A stretch of 64,000 nucleotides of DNA from the NCBI GenBank assembly GCA_964649615.1, contig CAZYPW010000006.1, forward strand, positions 12,635-76,634, given 5' to 3'. Both the position numbers and the translations under genes were made by a program. Below, piece after piece: positions 9,956-20,352 of the stretch. The notes beneath the pieces were generated by a model. The model saw only the letters and a list, made by a program, of their open reading frames with translations, made no database searches and had not been told where the DNA came from. The DNA is from an uncultured Gammaproteobacteria bacterium (GTDB lineage: Bacteria > Patescibacteriota > Microgenomatia > Daviesbacterales > UBA10151). The first letter of the stretch is position 1; each line of letters opens with the position of its first letter.

Positions 9956-10978
9956 ATGGCCAAAATTGACTTAACTATTCCTTCCCTAGGATCTAGATTT
10001 GTTGATATTAGAGAAACAATTTCAGGTGATTCTTTTAATTGGAGTTGGACTAGGCCGCTGTCTCAGGTGGTTTTTTTGGCAATTCACCACACAGCTGGCC
10101 CAGACAGCCAAACCCCAGAACAAATTGCTAACTTTCATATTAGCTCTAATGGTTGGGGTGGAATTGGTTATCATTTTCTGGTTGACAAAAATGGGATTGT
10201 TTATTATGTGGGTGATATTTCAACAGCCAGGGCTAATGTAGCTAATTTAAATGACCAGGTTATTGGGATTTGTTTGATTGGCAGTTTTATGTCTGGAAAA
10301 GAGCCTACTGATGCCCAGATTAATTCTGCTAAAATCCTGTGTGATTTTTTTATTAATAATTATCCTGATTTAGCTAATTTAAATTCCTATGATCAGGTTA
10401 AAGGTCATAAAGAGCTTCCAGGCCAATCAACTGCTTGCCCAGGGGAAACATGGCCTTTATGGAAAACTAAGATTACCTCAGCCCCGATTGAATCGGGGTC
10501 AGGCAGCCCTACTCCACTTCCTACCTCAACTCCAGTAAGCGATAGAGGTGCCAAAATTACAGAAAGCTATAGAAAAGTATTAGGCAGGGATCCAGATATG
10601 GGTGGGCTGCAAACTTATACCAACGGGCTGTTGAGCATTGATCAGATAGTTTGGTCTATGGTGGCCTCAGAGGAGCATCAAAATTTAATAATGCTGGCTA
10701 AAGAAGCAGAAGATTTGAAAAACCAGGTGGATAACATGCAGACCTCTTTAACTTCTGTAAATCAACAATTGCTGATTTTGCAAGAAAGCCTAAGAGACAA
10801 AGATGAAGAAATTAACCGCTTGAGAGCTCAAAGCAGCCACGCTCCCAGCAATGGCAGCCCCCAACCTCCTAAGAGTGTGGATAATACCTTGACTATCGCT
10901 GATCTTTTTATTAATTTATACAAGTTCATATTTCCGTCCAGAAAGGAAGCCCCGATTAAATCGGGGTTGATTAAATAG
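9956..10978 (+). CDS. N-acetylmuramoyl-L-alanine amidase (Amidase_2/PGRP-like) with C-terminal coiled coil
   Basis: IHHTAG, GIGYHF, IGICLIG, GHKE and TACPG motifs. Confidence 0.85.
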   Translation: MAKIDLTIPSLGSRFVDIRETISGDSFNWSWTRPLSQVVFLAIHHTAGPDSQTPEQIANFHISSNGWGGIGYHFLVDKNGIVYYVGDISTARANVANLNDQVIGICLIGSFMSGKEPTDAQINSAKILCDFFINNYPDLANLNSYDQVKGHKELPGQSTACPGETWPLWKTKITSAPIESGSGSPTPLPTSTPVSDRGAKITESYRKVLGRDPDMGGLQTYTNGLLSIDQIVWSMVASEEHQNLIMLAKEAEDLKNQVDNMQTSLTSVNQQLLILQESLRDKDEEINRLRAQSSHAPSNGSPQPPKSVDNTLTIADLFINLYKFIFPSRKEAPIKSGLIK

Positions 10979-10979
10979 G

Positions 10980-11273
10980 TTGGAAGGATTTAATTTGTCT
11001 CCAGTGGTAGCTATTTTTGCTTTTACAACTTTAAATGAATCTATCATTGAATATCTATTTGGTAGTGTTAAGCAGTTGCACCCTTATCTGCCATTGCTTT
11101 CACTCTCATCTGGGATTTTATTGGCTTTTTTGTATCAAATAAATATATTCAGTAGTGTATTAGGAGTAGAAAGTGGCAGCCCATTTTTAGATTTTCTGCT
11201 TTCTGGTTTTGTCATATCCCGCGGTTCTAATTTTGTTAATGATTTTGTCAGAAAAATTTTAGGAAGCAAATAA
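10980..11273 (+). CDS. Small holin-like membrane protein
   Basis: Three hydrophobic helices; SRGSNFVND; lies directly after the amidase. Confidence 0.5.
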   Translation: MEGFNLSPVVAIFAFTTLNESIIEYLFGSVKQLHPYLPLLSLSSGILLAFLYQINIFSSVLGVESGSPFLDFLLSGFVISRGSNFVNDFVRKILGSK

Positions 11274-11275
11274 TT

Positions 11276-11485
11276 TTATACAGGTTTGCCGGCCAGGCCA
11301 TAGATTAATAAATCCTGCACAAACCCTATTGCCTGAAATGGCCAAGTTATAATTACTGAGTAAAATCCTGGGGAAAGAAAAGAAAGAACAGGCCATCTGT
11401 AGTAAGCTGCAAAAATGATGGCAAAGACAAAACCAATCATAAAATATCCTATGGCAATTGTGGACAAGAGTTTTTCTTTAGACAT
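11276..11485 (-). CDS. Small hypothetical membrane protein
   Basis: Hydrophobic ORF whose ATG overlaps the end of gyrA. Confidence 0.5.
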   Translation of the reverse strand: MSKEKLLSTIAIGYFMIGFVFAIIFAAYYRWPVLSFLSPGFYSVIITWPFQAIGFVQDLLIYGLAGKPV

Positions 11486-13946
11486 GAGATTTTTCTGCTT
11501 GCTCAGCTTTTTCATTGGATGAAACAGTTGTAGCTGCAGCTACTTTCTCTCCTGGCCTGGTTCTCATTAAAATAACTCCTTGGGTTTGTCTTTGCAGTGT
11601 AGGCACCTGTTTTAGCTCCATTTTAATAAGCTGTCCTTTAGTAGAGGTTAAAACTAAAGTATCCAAACTTTTATCTAAAACCTGGGCTGTCACAATATTG
11701 CCAGTTTTAGCAGTAATTTGGGCTGCTTTTACTCCCTGCCCGCCTCTTCCTTGTCTGCTCCAAGCAGAGGTGGCAGTCTTTTTGCCCAAACCATTTTCCA
11801 TAATTACCAAAAGTGTTCCTTCCTCCTTGCCCACTATGTTTAAAGACACAACCTGGTCATCGCTACCCAGCCTAATCCCTCTGACTCCTGAGGTATCTCT
11901 GTGGGTGGGTTTTACTCCCTTTTCAGAAAATCTAATGCTTTTGCCCTTTTTGGAAACAATGATTACATCACTCTCCCCGTCAGTAGGGCTTACCCAACCC
12001 AGTTCATCTCCACTATCTAATTTAATAGCTACTAATCCATTTTTTCTAATATTGGCATATTCTTCTATAGCTGTTTTTTTAACCGTGCCACGGGAGGTGC
12101 ACATAAAGAAATACTTGGCTTTTTCCCCTTTGCCTCTGGTGGTTAAAACAGCAGTCACCTTTTCTCCCTGTTCTACATTAATTAGGTTAACAATAGCTTG
12201 GCCTTTGGCTGCCCTTTGAGTTTCTGGGATGTCCCAAACCTTAATTTGAAAAACCCTGCCTTTGTCTGTAAAAAATAAAATACTATCATGGGTTTGGGTA
12301 TAGAAAATATGGGAAACAGCATCTGTTTCTTTGGTAGAGATGCCCATTACTCCTTTGCCGCCTCTGGCTTGAGTCCTAAAAGAGTGTGGTGATTGCCTTT
12401 TAACATAGCCTCCTTCTGTAATGGTAACTATGGTGATTTCATTTGGCACCAAATCTTCTTCTGAAAACTCTCCCACTTTTTGCTGGTAAACTCTGGTTTT
12501 TCTAGGATCAGAGTATTTTTCTTTAATTTTGGAAATCTCATCTTTAATTACTTTTAAGATCTTTTCTGGATGGGCTAATAAATCCTCCAAGTAAGCAATT
12601 AATTCTTTAACCATTTTTAACTCTTCTTCAATCTTTAATCTTTCCAAAGCAGCTAAGCGCCTTAATTGCATATCCAAAATAGCTACCGCTTGAATTTCTG
12701 ATAATTTAAACTTTGCCATTAAATTTTTCCTGGCTTCTTCTGCATCTTTAGATTTTTTGATAGTTTCAATCACTGCATCAATATTTGCTACAGCAATCAT
12801 TAGGCCTTCTAAAATATGCTCACGGGCTTTAGCTTCTTTTAATTCAAACTCAGTCCTTCTTTTGATAATTGTTTGCCTGTGTTTAATAAATTCTTCCAAA
12901 ATATGCTTTAAGGTTAAAAGGTGCGGCACTCCATCCACTAAAGCCACCAAATTTACATTAAAAACAGACTGCATGGCTGTGGATTTATATAAATTATTTA
13001 AAAGGGCTTGGGGTTTGGCGTCTCTTTTTAGATCAAAAACAATCCTGACCATCTGTTTTCTATCTGATTCATCCCTTAAATCTGCTATTCCTTCTAATTT
13101 TTTGTCTTTTACTAAATCTGCAATTCTAGCAATCAGGGTGGCTTTATTAACTTGGTAAGGCAGTTCTGAGACAATAATTTGCATTTTGCCTTGTGGGGTT
13201 TCATCAATCTCTACTTTGGCTCTCATCACAATCCTGCCTTTGCCTGTCCCGTAAGCTGCTGTTATTTCTGTCTGGTCATAAATTGAAGCTCCAGTGGGAA
13301 AGTCAGGGCCTTTGACAAATTTCATCAAATCTTCAACAGTAGCCTCTTTATGCTCTATCATGTAAATCAATGCCTCACAAACTTCTCCCAAATTATGGGG
13401 AGGGATTTGAGTAGCCATCCCAACAGCAATGCCTGAGGCTCCATTAAGCAGCAGGTTGGGAATAACTGAAGGAAGCAAAGTGGGCTCCTTAACAGTTCCA
13501 GAATAATTATCTACAAAATCAACTGTATTTTTAGAAATATCCCTTAATAGCTCATCAGCTATGGCAGATAACCTGGCCTCTGTATACCTCATGGCTGCAG
13601 GAGAATCCCCATCTATTGAGCCATAATTTCCTTGGCCATCTATCAACATATATCTAAGAGAGAAATTTTGGGCCATTCTAACCATAGCCTCATAAACTGG
13701 GGCATCACCATGGGGATGCAAATTTTTCAAAACTTCACCCACCACAGCAGCACTTTTTTGGTATCTTGAGGTATGGTGCAAATTTTGCTCATGCATAGCA
13801 AAAACAATTCTTCTCTGGACTGGTTTTAGCCCATCTCTCACATCAGGCAGGGCACGGGAAACAATTACAGACATGGCATAATCCAAATAGGATTTCTGCA
13901 TCTCATCAATTATTGGGGCTGGCTGGATTTTACCAATGTTACTCAT
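11478..13946 (-). CDS. gyrA: DNA gyrase subunit A
   Basis: [24 protein letters not shown]; GyrA-box-like QARGGKG. Confidence 0.97.
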   Translation of the reverse strand: MSNIGKIQPAPIIDEMQKSYLDYAMSVIVSRALPDVRDGLKPVQRRIVFAMHEQNLHHTSRYQKSAAVVGEVLKNLHPHGDAPVYEAMVRMAQNFSLRYMLIDGQGNYGSIDGDSPAAMRYTEARLSAIADELLRDISKNTVDFVDNYSGTVKEPTLLPSVIPNLLLNGASGIAVGMATQIPPHNLGEVCEALIYMIEHKEATVEDLMKFVKGPDFPTGASIYDQTEITAAYGTGKGRIVMRAKVEIDETPQGKMQIIVSELPYQVNKATLIARIADLVKDKKLEGIADLRDESDRKQMVRIVFDLKRDAKPQALLNNLYKSTAMQSVFNVNLVALVDGVPHLLTLKHILEEFIKHRQTIIKRRTEFELKEAKAREHILEGLMIAVANIDAVIETIKKSKDAEEARKNLMAKFKLSEIQAVAILDMQLRRLAALERLKIEEELKMVKELIAYLEDLLAHPEKILKVIKDEISKIKEKYSDPRKTRVYQQKVGEFSEEDLVPNEITIVTITEGGYVKRQSPHSFRTQARGGKGVMGISTKETDAVSHIFYTQTHDSILFFTDKGRVFQIKVWDIPETQRAAKGQAIVNLINVEQGEKVTAVLTTRGKGEKAKYFFMCTSRGTVKKTAIEEYANIRKNGLVAIKLDSGDELGWVSPTDGESDVIIVSKKGKSIRFSEKGVKPTHRDTSGVRGIRLGSDDQVVSLNIVGKEEGTLLVIMENGLGKKTATSAWSRQGRGGQGVKAAQITAKTGNIVTAQVLDKSLDTLVLTSTKGQLIKMELKQVPTLQRQTQGVILMRTRPGEKVAAATTVSSNEKAEQAEKSHV

Positions 13947-13984
13947 CTAGAAAATTTAAAAAAGAGCTTAAAAGCTCTTGGATT

Positions 13985-14013
13985 ATTATGCCTTATGATA
14001 GGAAAAAGTGCAA
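13985..14013 (-). promoter_or_regulatory. Putative gyrA promoter
   Basis: TTGCAC-17 nt-CATAAT on the minus strand; followed by hairpin AAGAGCTT-AA-AAGCTCTT (13962-13979). Confidence 0.45.
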
Positions 14014-14028
14014 GGTTGATTAGGAGAA

Positions 14029-14487
14029 TTATCTACCTCTAGGCCTATTAATTCTGGCTGCAACAGCTTCATTTTTGAAATACTCATTTAAAGCGCCTGA
14101 AGGGTTTATAACTCTAGGAGACAATGGTTGTCCTTGATCATTTGTCTCAAAAATTATATGGCTACCGTTCAATATATAACCTCTAGTGGAGACAAATTGG
14201 AATCTTTCAGTAACAATTTGGGATTTTTTAGCAGCAAGCTCTAAATCAGGTATTTCATCTTCGGTGGCAGTAGGTACCATTTTAACTTCCCAGTATGGCG
14301 TCTCTTTGTTCGGAGTTAAAAGTGGGCTTTTACATTCGATAACATAATATATGCCTGTTCTAGGTTCCCCTTCCATATCTGGCGTATCATAACCTAAATG
14401 GAGTATTTTTGCTATGAATTCTTTGTTTATTGCTTGAGCAGCAGCATCTGCAGTGTCTTTACCATCAGCTTCATTAAATTTGCCCAT
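14029..14487 (-). CDS. Hypothetical protein
   Basis: 152-aa ORF with ATG start; no recognised motif. Confidence 0.55.
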   Translation of the reverse strand: MGKFNEADGKDTADAAAQAINKEFIAKILHLGYDTPDMEGEPRTGIYYVIECKSPLLTPNKETPYWEVKMVPTATEDEIPDLELAAKKSQIVTERFQFVSTRGYILNGSHIIFETNDQGQPLSPRVINPSGALNEYFKNEAVAARINRPRGR

Positions 14488-14663
14488 GGCTTATATCTAT
14501 AATTAAATATATTGTTTAACATTTCAAGTGGCAGAATTCTTATTTAAACATTCGGCTAATAATGTTTTGAATCTTTTTGGAGTTAATTTGTGAAGGAGAA
14601 ATTTTCTTAGATTTTTTTGTTTCTAGAAAAATCTTTGCGCCTGTTCTACTTCAGCTGGATTAC

Positions 14664-15434
14664 TCATATTCCAAAAGTCAGACCTTGCTTAGGATGTCTA
14701 TCTCCTCCTAAAATAATTGTTTGCTGAATCTCAGCTAAAGTAGGCATATCTTGTTCCAAACCCTTAGGTTTATATCTTAGATATATATCATTGAAAACTA
14801 GAGTTTTAAAATCTGGATAACTTAATGGTAAGGGTAAAAAACGCCATTCTCCAAAGTTACGTCTATTTCCATCTTCTGGTTTTTGGAAACCTACAAAAAG
14901 GAGACGAGTATGTTCATCAAAAAGATCAGGATGCCCTGATCTATCAAGTCTGAGTCGACCCTGGACGCTGGCTAAGTCTGTACCCATCCCTAAAACAGTA
15001 CAAAGTCCTGCAATACGGTTACCATTTTCTCCATGTTGAATGATAAGAGCGTATGGAAAAGAAACAGGATTACCATCTGGATGAAGATTTTGATAAACAG
15101 CAGAAGTAGGAACAGGCGGAAGAACTGTTGCATTAGGATCCAGTTGTCCCTGCACCCAAGTTAAAGCTAAATCAGAATATACAGATCTTAGTAATTGTCG
15201 TACAAGTTGAACAGGATTTAAAGCGGGATTAAGGCTTTCTCGCATGCTTTGCCTATATACTCCTCTAAAGCCTCTGGTTCTTTTGTAGGCAGCAATCATA
15301 TCCCCTGCAGTTTCTTGTGTAGCAACAGCTCGTGCAAAAGCTCGAGTTTTCGGCGAGATTTCACCAGCCGAAATTATAGGTTGCACCATTCGGTAGGTTT
15401 GCTCTCTATGCTCTGGAGTTGTCGTTATTATCAT
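14664..15434 (-). CDS. Hypothetical protein
   Basis: 256-aa ORF; no recognised motif. Confidence 0.6.
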   Translation of the reverse strand: MIITTTPEHREQTYRMVQPIISAGEISPKTRAFARAVATQETAGDMIAAYKRTRGFRGVYRQSMRESLNPALNPVQLVRQLLRSVYSDLALTWVQGQLDPNATVLPPVPTSAVYQNLHPDGNPVSFPYALIIQHGENGNRIAGLCTVLGMGTDLASVQGRLRLDRSGHPDLFDEHTRLLFVGFQKPEDGNRRNFGEWRFLPLPLSYPDFKTLVFNDIYLRYKPKGLEQDMPTLAEIQQTIILGGDRHPKQGLTFGI

Positions 15435-15470
15435 TCCAATAATATACCCTAAATTCAGGAGAATTGCAAA

Positions 15471-16403
15471 CTATGGGGTTATTTTTAAGGCTGATTTGAT
15501 AATTTTATCTAAGAGTTGGGGAAATTCTAAGCCAAAAGCTTGAGCTGCTTTGGGCATTAAGCTTTGAGAGGTCATCCCTACCCCACAAGGAGGATTAACT
15601 TCTAACACAAATGGAGTGTTATTTAAAACAATCATATCTGTTCTGGAATATGGGTTAAGAGATAAAGTTTGGTGAAGTTTTAAAGCAATTTGCTGGGCTC
15701 TATTTTTAGTCTTTTCATCCAAAGATGGAGCTCCTACTATTTCTTTGCTTTCTCCACTATATTTATTTTTATAATCAAACCAGCCTTTATCTGGTGGAAT
15801 TATTTCTATAACAGGCAAAGCTTGATTGGAAAATACCCCTACAGTAATTTCTATTCCTTTAACATATCTTTCCACTAAAAAATAATCATCTAAGGAAAAA
15901 ATCTTTTTCACCAAAGGATTTTTTAAATCTTTTTCAGAAAGTAAAATCACTACTTCTTTAGATGAACCACCTCTGGCTGCTTTTAGCACACAAGGAAATC
16001 CAAACTTTTTAATATCCAGAGTATTTTTTACAACTTTCCACTCTGGCTTGGGGATTTCATTTTGGTCACAAAACTGATTAAACAGGATCTTATCAAAAGC
16101 TATTTCAGTAGATTTTGGGCCACAACCCACAAAAGGTTTATTTAATTTTTTCAGGAAAGTATAAAGAGTGCCATCCTCCCCTTCTTTACCATGAATCACA
16201 GGAAAGATTAGATCAAAATCTTGTGAGATTTTTTTAAGCTCAGAAAAGCCTTTTTTTAAATCAAAAAGCTTAACTTTATAAGCGGAGCTTACAGCTTGCT
16301 GATATCCCACCTCTTCCAGGCCCTTTTTAACATTTTCAGCAGAGATTAAAGAAATCTTTCTTTCAGAAGATGTTCCCCCAGTTATAACTAATATTTTTTT
16401 CAT
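15471..16403 (-). CDS. ddl: D-alanine--D-alanine ligase
   Basis: GGTSSERKIS, HGKEGEDG, GGSS, FDYKNKY, LEVN motifs. Confidence 0.93.
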   Translation of the reverse strand: MKKILVITGGTSSERKISLISAENVKKGLEEVGYQQAVSSAYKVKLFDLKKGFSELKKISQDFDLIFPVIHGKEGEDGTLYTFLKKLNKPFVGCGPKSTEIAFDKILFNQFCDQNEIPKPEWKVVKNTLDIKKFGFPCVLKAARGGSSKEVVILLSEKDLKNPLVKKIFSLDDYFLVERYVKGIEITVGVFSNQALPVIEIIPPDKGWFDYKNKYSGESKEIVGAPSLDEKTKNRAQQIALKLHQTLSLNPYSRTDMIVLNNTPFVLEVNPPCGVGMTSQSLMPKAAQAFGLEFPQLLDKIIKSALKITP

Positions 16404-17563
16404 ATAACTATTCTCTTTGTAGATTCTGCTAAATTAACTAGCAGTTCATAAGGAATGGTTTGGCAGATTTTAGCACAGTTTAAAATAGAATTTTTGCCCC
16501 TTGGATTATCGGAATAAACTATTACTTCTTGTCCAATATATGGTTTAGATACTTTGGTAATATCTATGGTGGTAATATTCATGCTGACTCTGCCTATGAT
16601 TGGACATTCAATACCATCAACAAAAACTATCCCTTTGTTAGATAACCTCAAATCAACTCCCTCATAGTAACCTAGTGGCAATATACCTACTGTCAGATTT
16701 CTTTTGGCAGTATAAAGACTCTCGTACCCTACCTTATCCCCTTTTTTTAGTTCTTTAATTTGAATAATCTTAGTTTTTAATTTTAAAACAGGTTTTAAAT
16801 CTACATTCCCACTTCGGATGTGGGAATTCGATATGCCATAGAGAGCAAGACCTACTCGGGCTATATTTACGTTGCAACCTCGAAGGTGGAATCGTAATAA
16901 TCCATCTGAGTTTTGGATATGAATATACTTTGGATTAAAACCAGCCTTCCTAACAATTTGTTGTACGTGCTTCAAATTGTTAATTTGCTTAAGATTCAAT
17001 CCATTCTTGGGATCATCTGCACAAGCAAAATGTGATATCAAACCTTCCACTTTTAAGTATTTTAGCCCTTTTAGTTCTTCTAAAAATAGTGGTAAATCTT
17101 TCATTTGAATGCCTTCTCTGCTCATACCAGTATCTACAAAAATATGAACACTACATTCTGGTTGATATTTACTTAAAACTTTAGCTGTTTTCAAATCATA
17201 TAAAGCAAAAGAAAAAGGCAGTTTTTTAACTTTAAAATTTTCAGGATTTGTATATCCCATTATTAAAATTTTAGTTTTAATCCTTGCTTTTAGTAATTCA
17301 TATGCTTCATATAAAGAATCAACACAAAAAAATGGTGCATTAACTTGGTCTAAAATTTTTGCTATCTCAACTATTCCATGCCCATATCCATTACTTTTTA
17401 TGACAGGGGCAACTTTAATTTTTTTAGTGCGCGAAGCGCGCGAGCTTTGCTCATTTAAAGAAGATAAATATTTGTAGTTATGAATTAAATTTGCTTTCGA
17501 CACCTCAATTAGATTTAAGGTTTGGTAATCTTTTTTAAATATTTTTAGAATTTTGCTTAACAT
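16400..17563 (-). CDS. alr: Alanine racemase
   Basis: VIKSNGYGHG (PLP lysine), DTGMSREG, SHFACAD, IGRVSMN, TIPYE. Confidence 0.95.
   Translation of the reverse strand: MLSKILKIFKKDYQTLNLIEVSKANLIHNYKYLSSLNEQSSRASRTKKIKVAPVIKSNGYGHGIVEIAKILDQVNAPFFCVDSLYEAYELLKARIKTKILIMGYTNPENFKVKKLPFSFALYDLKTAKVLSKYQPECSVHIFVDTGMSREGIQMKDLPLFLEELKGLKYLKVEGLISHFACADDPKNGLNLKQINNLKHVQQIVRKAGFNPKYIHIQNSDGLLRFHLRGCNVNIARVGLALYGISNSHIRSGNVDLKPVLKLKTKIIQIKELKKGDKVGYESLYTAKRNLTVGILPLGYYEGVDLRLSNKGIVFVDGIECPIIGRVSMNITTIDITKVSKPYIGQEVIVYSDNPRGKNSILNCAKICQTIPYELLVNLAESTKRIVI
16806..16826. repeat. REP-like hairpin family A, in frame in alr
   Basis: TTCCCACTTCGGATGTGGGAA; encodes SHIRSG. Confidence 0.92.
16875..16891. 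repeat. Hairpin family B, in frame in alr
   Basis: Minus strand TTCCACCTTCGAGGTTG; encodes FHLRGC. Confidence 0.7.
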
Positions 17564-17960
17564 TTTAGGAAAACTAATTATACATTATCCAATTTCTGAT
17601 TATTTCATTGGTTTTTATGGTACAGACATGTTTTATGTTTATGGAAGCTTTGGTTTAGTTGGGTTGATTGGTTTATGGCTGCGGTCACACAAAAGGCCTC
17701 TTTTTGTGATTAGCGGAGCTCTCTCCTCTTCCGTATTATTTTTTATCATCACTAATTTTGGAGTTTGGGCACCGCCAAATAATTGGTATCCCCATAATTT
17801 AAATGGCTTAATTAAAAGCTATACAATGGCATTGCCCTTTTTCAAAAATAGTCTAATTGGAGATGTTGGCTACACTATTATTTTATTTGGAGGATATGAA
17901 CTAACTAAAATATTTTCCAAGAAATACACCCCCCAAAAACTTTTTCAATTGCTCTACTGA
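17553..17960 (+). pseudogene. N-terminally truncated DUF6580-like membrane protein
   Basis: ITNFGVW...YP...ALPFFKNSLIGD pattern; the 5' end abuts or overlaps the alr start and lacks a plausible N-terminus. Confidence 0.5.
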
Positions 17961-17997
17961 TTGGATTTCCCCATATTGCACAGGTATAATTTAGCAT

Positions 17998-20352
17998 ATG
18001 ACTTTTGAGGATTTAAGAAAAAAACATCCTGAGTTTATATATCATGGGTTTGAAAAAAAATTTGAAGATCAAACATTAAAAATCTATTTTGATTTTGAGA
18101 TATCTCCAAACATTAAATTCAGACCGGAAATTATTCTCCCAAACGTGTTCCCACATCGGATGTGGGAAGGCAAATTGGATAATTTGGTTTTTAATTTAGG
18201 AATGGTTGAGCTGATAAGTTACTGGAAAGCAACTTGTTCTCCAAAAATTACTATCAAAGCAGGTTTTTTAGATCAGGAACAAATTAAATTTTGGAAAAAA
18301 CTTTTAATAAAAGGCCTGGGAGAATTTTTTTATACAAACAGAATAGATTTTACCCAGGATGGGCTAGTTAATTTTGAAGTACGTTCCCACATGTCAAGTG
18401 GGAAGCCATTTGAGGGGATTTTGAAAGATAGAGATTTAATACTTGTTGGTGGAGGTAAGGATTCTGTTGTTACTTTGGATTCTATTTCCAAATCAGGTAA
18501 AGAATTTAACTGTCTGCTTTTAAATCCAACAGATGCAGCTATTAAAATTGCAGAAATCGGTGGGTGTAAAAATCCAATAATAGTGAAAAGAACAATAGAT
18601 CCTAAACTTTTGGAATTAAATGAGCAGGGTTATTTAAACGGCCATACTCCTTTTTCTGCATATCTTGCGTTTTTATCAATGCTATCTTCTGTAATTTATG
18701 ATTATAAAAATGTTGTTGTTTCTAATGAGTCCTCATCTAATGAAGGAAATGTGATTTGGATGGGTAAAGAAATAAATCATCAGTATTCTAAATCAGAGGA
18801 ATTTGAAAAAGACTTTAAAGAATATAGTCAAAAATATCTAGCTCCTGTTAATTACTATAGTTATTTAAGAGAATTAAATGAATTGGAAATTGCCAGAATT
18901 TTTTCCAACTTAGAAAAATACCACAAGGTTTTTAGAAGTTGTAACAAGGGTTCAAAACAAGGGAGTTGGTGTGGCAAGTGCTCAAAATGCCTATTCACTA
19001 ATTTAATTCTTTATCCGTTTTTAGGAAAAAAAATAGAAAGAATTTTTGGCAAAGATTTACTTGATGATGAAACTTTATCTCCAGTTATGGAAGAGCTTTT
19101 GCATTTGCCGGGTAAATTTAAGCCGTTTGAATGTGTTGGCACAAAAGAGGAAATTGAATATGCAATGTTGCTGGGCATTTTAAGAAGCAAGAGAAAATTA
19201 TTAGAAAGATATAAAGATCAGATATCAATCCTAATTTTGGGAATGGGCAGAGAAGGAATAGCAACAAGTAATTTTTTGCAAAAAAATAACATAAATTTCT
19301 CAACCTCTGATCAAAAAGAGGGGAAAAATTATCTTGATAAGTTAAAAGATTATGACGTGATTATTAAATCTCCCGGCATCCCCTATTTGATAGAAATTAA
19401 AAAAGCCAAAGAAAATGGAAAAATCATTTCATCTAGCACGCAAATTTTTTTTGATCTTTGCCTTGGGAAAATAATCGGCGTCACCGGTACCAAGGGCAAA
19501 AGCACCACCACATCCATGATTTATGAAGTCTTAAAATCAGGAGGCTTAGATGTTTACCTGGTGGGGAATATTGGTCAGCCAGCGCTGGATTTATTAGATA
19601 ATCTTAAGAAAGATTCTATAGTAGTTTATGAATTATCTTCATTCCAGCTAGCTGATCTTAAGAAAAGTCCTCAGATTGCAGTGATAACCAATATTTATCC
19701 GGATCATTTGGACTGGCATGGCAGTTTTGAAGATTATAAAAAAGCCAAAGAAAATATCAGTAGGTTTCAGACAAAAAATGATATTCTTATCTCCAATAAA
19801 AGAGGTGCTGAAGCTGCAAAAATTATTGGAAAATTATTTAAAATAAGTGAAGAAAAAATAAACAAAGCAATTAAGAATTTTAAGCCACTCCCACATCGGT
19901 TAGAATTTGTTGCAGAAAAAAATGGAATTAAATTTTATAATGATTCCCTGGCAACTAATCCCCATGCCACCATTTTTGGGTTAAAGACTTTAGGAGAAAA
20001 AGTAGAGACTTTAATAGCCGGAGGGCTTGACCGCGGGGTTGATTATTCCATTTTAGGACCGGTAATTGCCAATTCAAAAATAAAAAATCTAATTTTATTT
20101 CCTGATACAGGTAAAAAAATAGGAGAGGTCGTCAGTTATCAGCCCGCTTCGCTGCGAGGCGAGTCATCAGCTATCAGACAATTTCATGTTAATAATATGG
20201 AAGAGGCTGTTAAAATTGCTTATGAAAATACTTCCCCTGGAAAAATTTGCCTGATGTCCCCTGCCTCAGCCAGTTTTAATATGTTCAAAGACTATGAAGA
20301 TAGAGGAAATCAGTTTAGGAGTTGGGTTGCCAGATTAGGAAGAAGACACTAG
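17998..20352 (+). CDS. Fused MurL-like glycopeptidyl-glutamate epimerase + MurD(2)-type ligase
   Basis: N-half has GGGKDS, NGHTPFSA, SNE, NHQYSKS, WCGKCSKC, KPFECVG; C-half has SPGIP, VTGTKGKSTT, GNIG, ELSSFQL, DHLDWH, PHRLE, NDSLATN, SPASASF..F..YEDRG. Confidence 0.85.
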   Translation: MTFEDLRKKHPEFIYHGFEKKFEDQTLKIYFDFEISPNIKFRPEIILPNVFPHRMWEGKLDNLVFNLGMVELISYWKATCSPKITIKAGFLDQEQIKFWKKLLIKGLGEFFYTNRIDFTQDGLVNFEVRSHMSSGKPFEGILKDRDLILVGGGKDSVVTLDSISKSGKEFNCLLLNPTDAAIKIAEIGGCKNPIIVKRTIDPKLLELNEQGYLNGHTPFSAYLAFLSMLSSVIYDYKNVVVSNESSSNEGNVIWMGKEINHQYSKSEEFEKDFKEYSQKYLAPVNYYSYLRELNELEIARIFSNLEKYHKVFRSCNKGSKQGSWCGKCSKCLFTNLILYPFLGKKIERIFGKDLLDDETLSPVMEELLHLPGKFKPFECVGTKEEIEYAMLLGILRSKRKLLERYKDQISILILGMGREGIATSNFLQKNNINFSTSDQKEGKNYLDKLKDYDVIIKSPGIPYLIEIKKAKENGKIISSSTQIFFDLCLGKIIGVTGTKGKSTTTSMIYEVLKSGGLDVYLVGNIGQPALDLLDNLKKDSIVVYELSSFQLADLKKSPQIAVITNIYPDHLDWHGSFEDYKKAKENISRFQTKNDILISNKRGAEAAKIIGKLFKISEEKINKAIKNFKPLPHRLEFVAEKNGIKFYNDSLATNPHATIFGLKTLGEKVETLIAGGLDRGVDYSILGPVIANSKIKNLILFPDTGKKIGEVVSYQPASLRGESSAIRQFHVNNMEEAVKIAYENTSPGKICLMSPASASFNMFKDYEDRGNQFRSWVARLGRRH
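18148..18168. repeat. REP-like hairpin family A, in frame in the MurL domain
   Basis: TTCCCACATCGGATGTGGGAA; encodes FPHRMWE. Confidence 0.92.
18384..18404. repeat. REP-like hairpin family A, in frame in the MurL domain
   Basis: TTCCCACATGTCAAGTGGGAA; encodes SHMSSG. Confidence 0.92.
20143..20163 (+). repeat. Family C palindrome, in frame in the MurD domain
   Basis: CCCGCTTCGCTGCGAGGCGAG (PASLRGE), flanked by (G)YTATCAG-type heptamers. Confidence 0.75.

Noticed and set aside
11515-13158. Long antisense ORFs over gyrA (similar ones occur over gyrB, pilC and atp genes)
   Set aside because: These are shadow frames of well-supported genes and show no motifs.
14540-14660. Possible gene remnants on the minus strand (KKSKKISPSQINSKKIQNIISRM, faintly peptide-deformylase-like)
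   Set aside because: Too short and low-complexity to support without a search.
19889-19905. TCCCACATCGG half-match to family A in the MurD domain
   Set aside because: There is no second arm, and it encodes the conserved LPHRLE motif.
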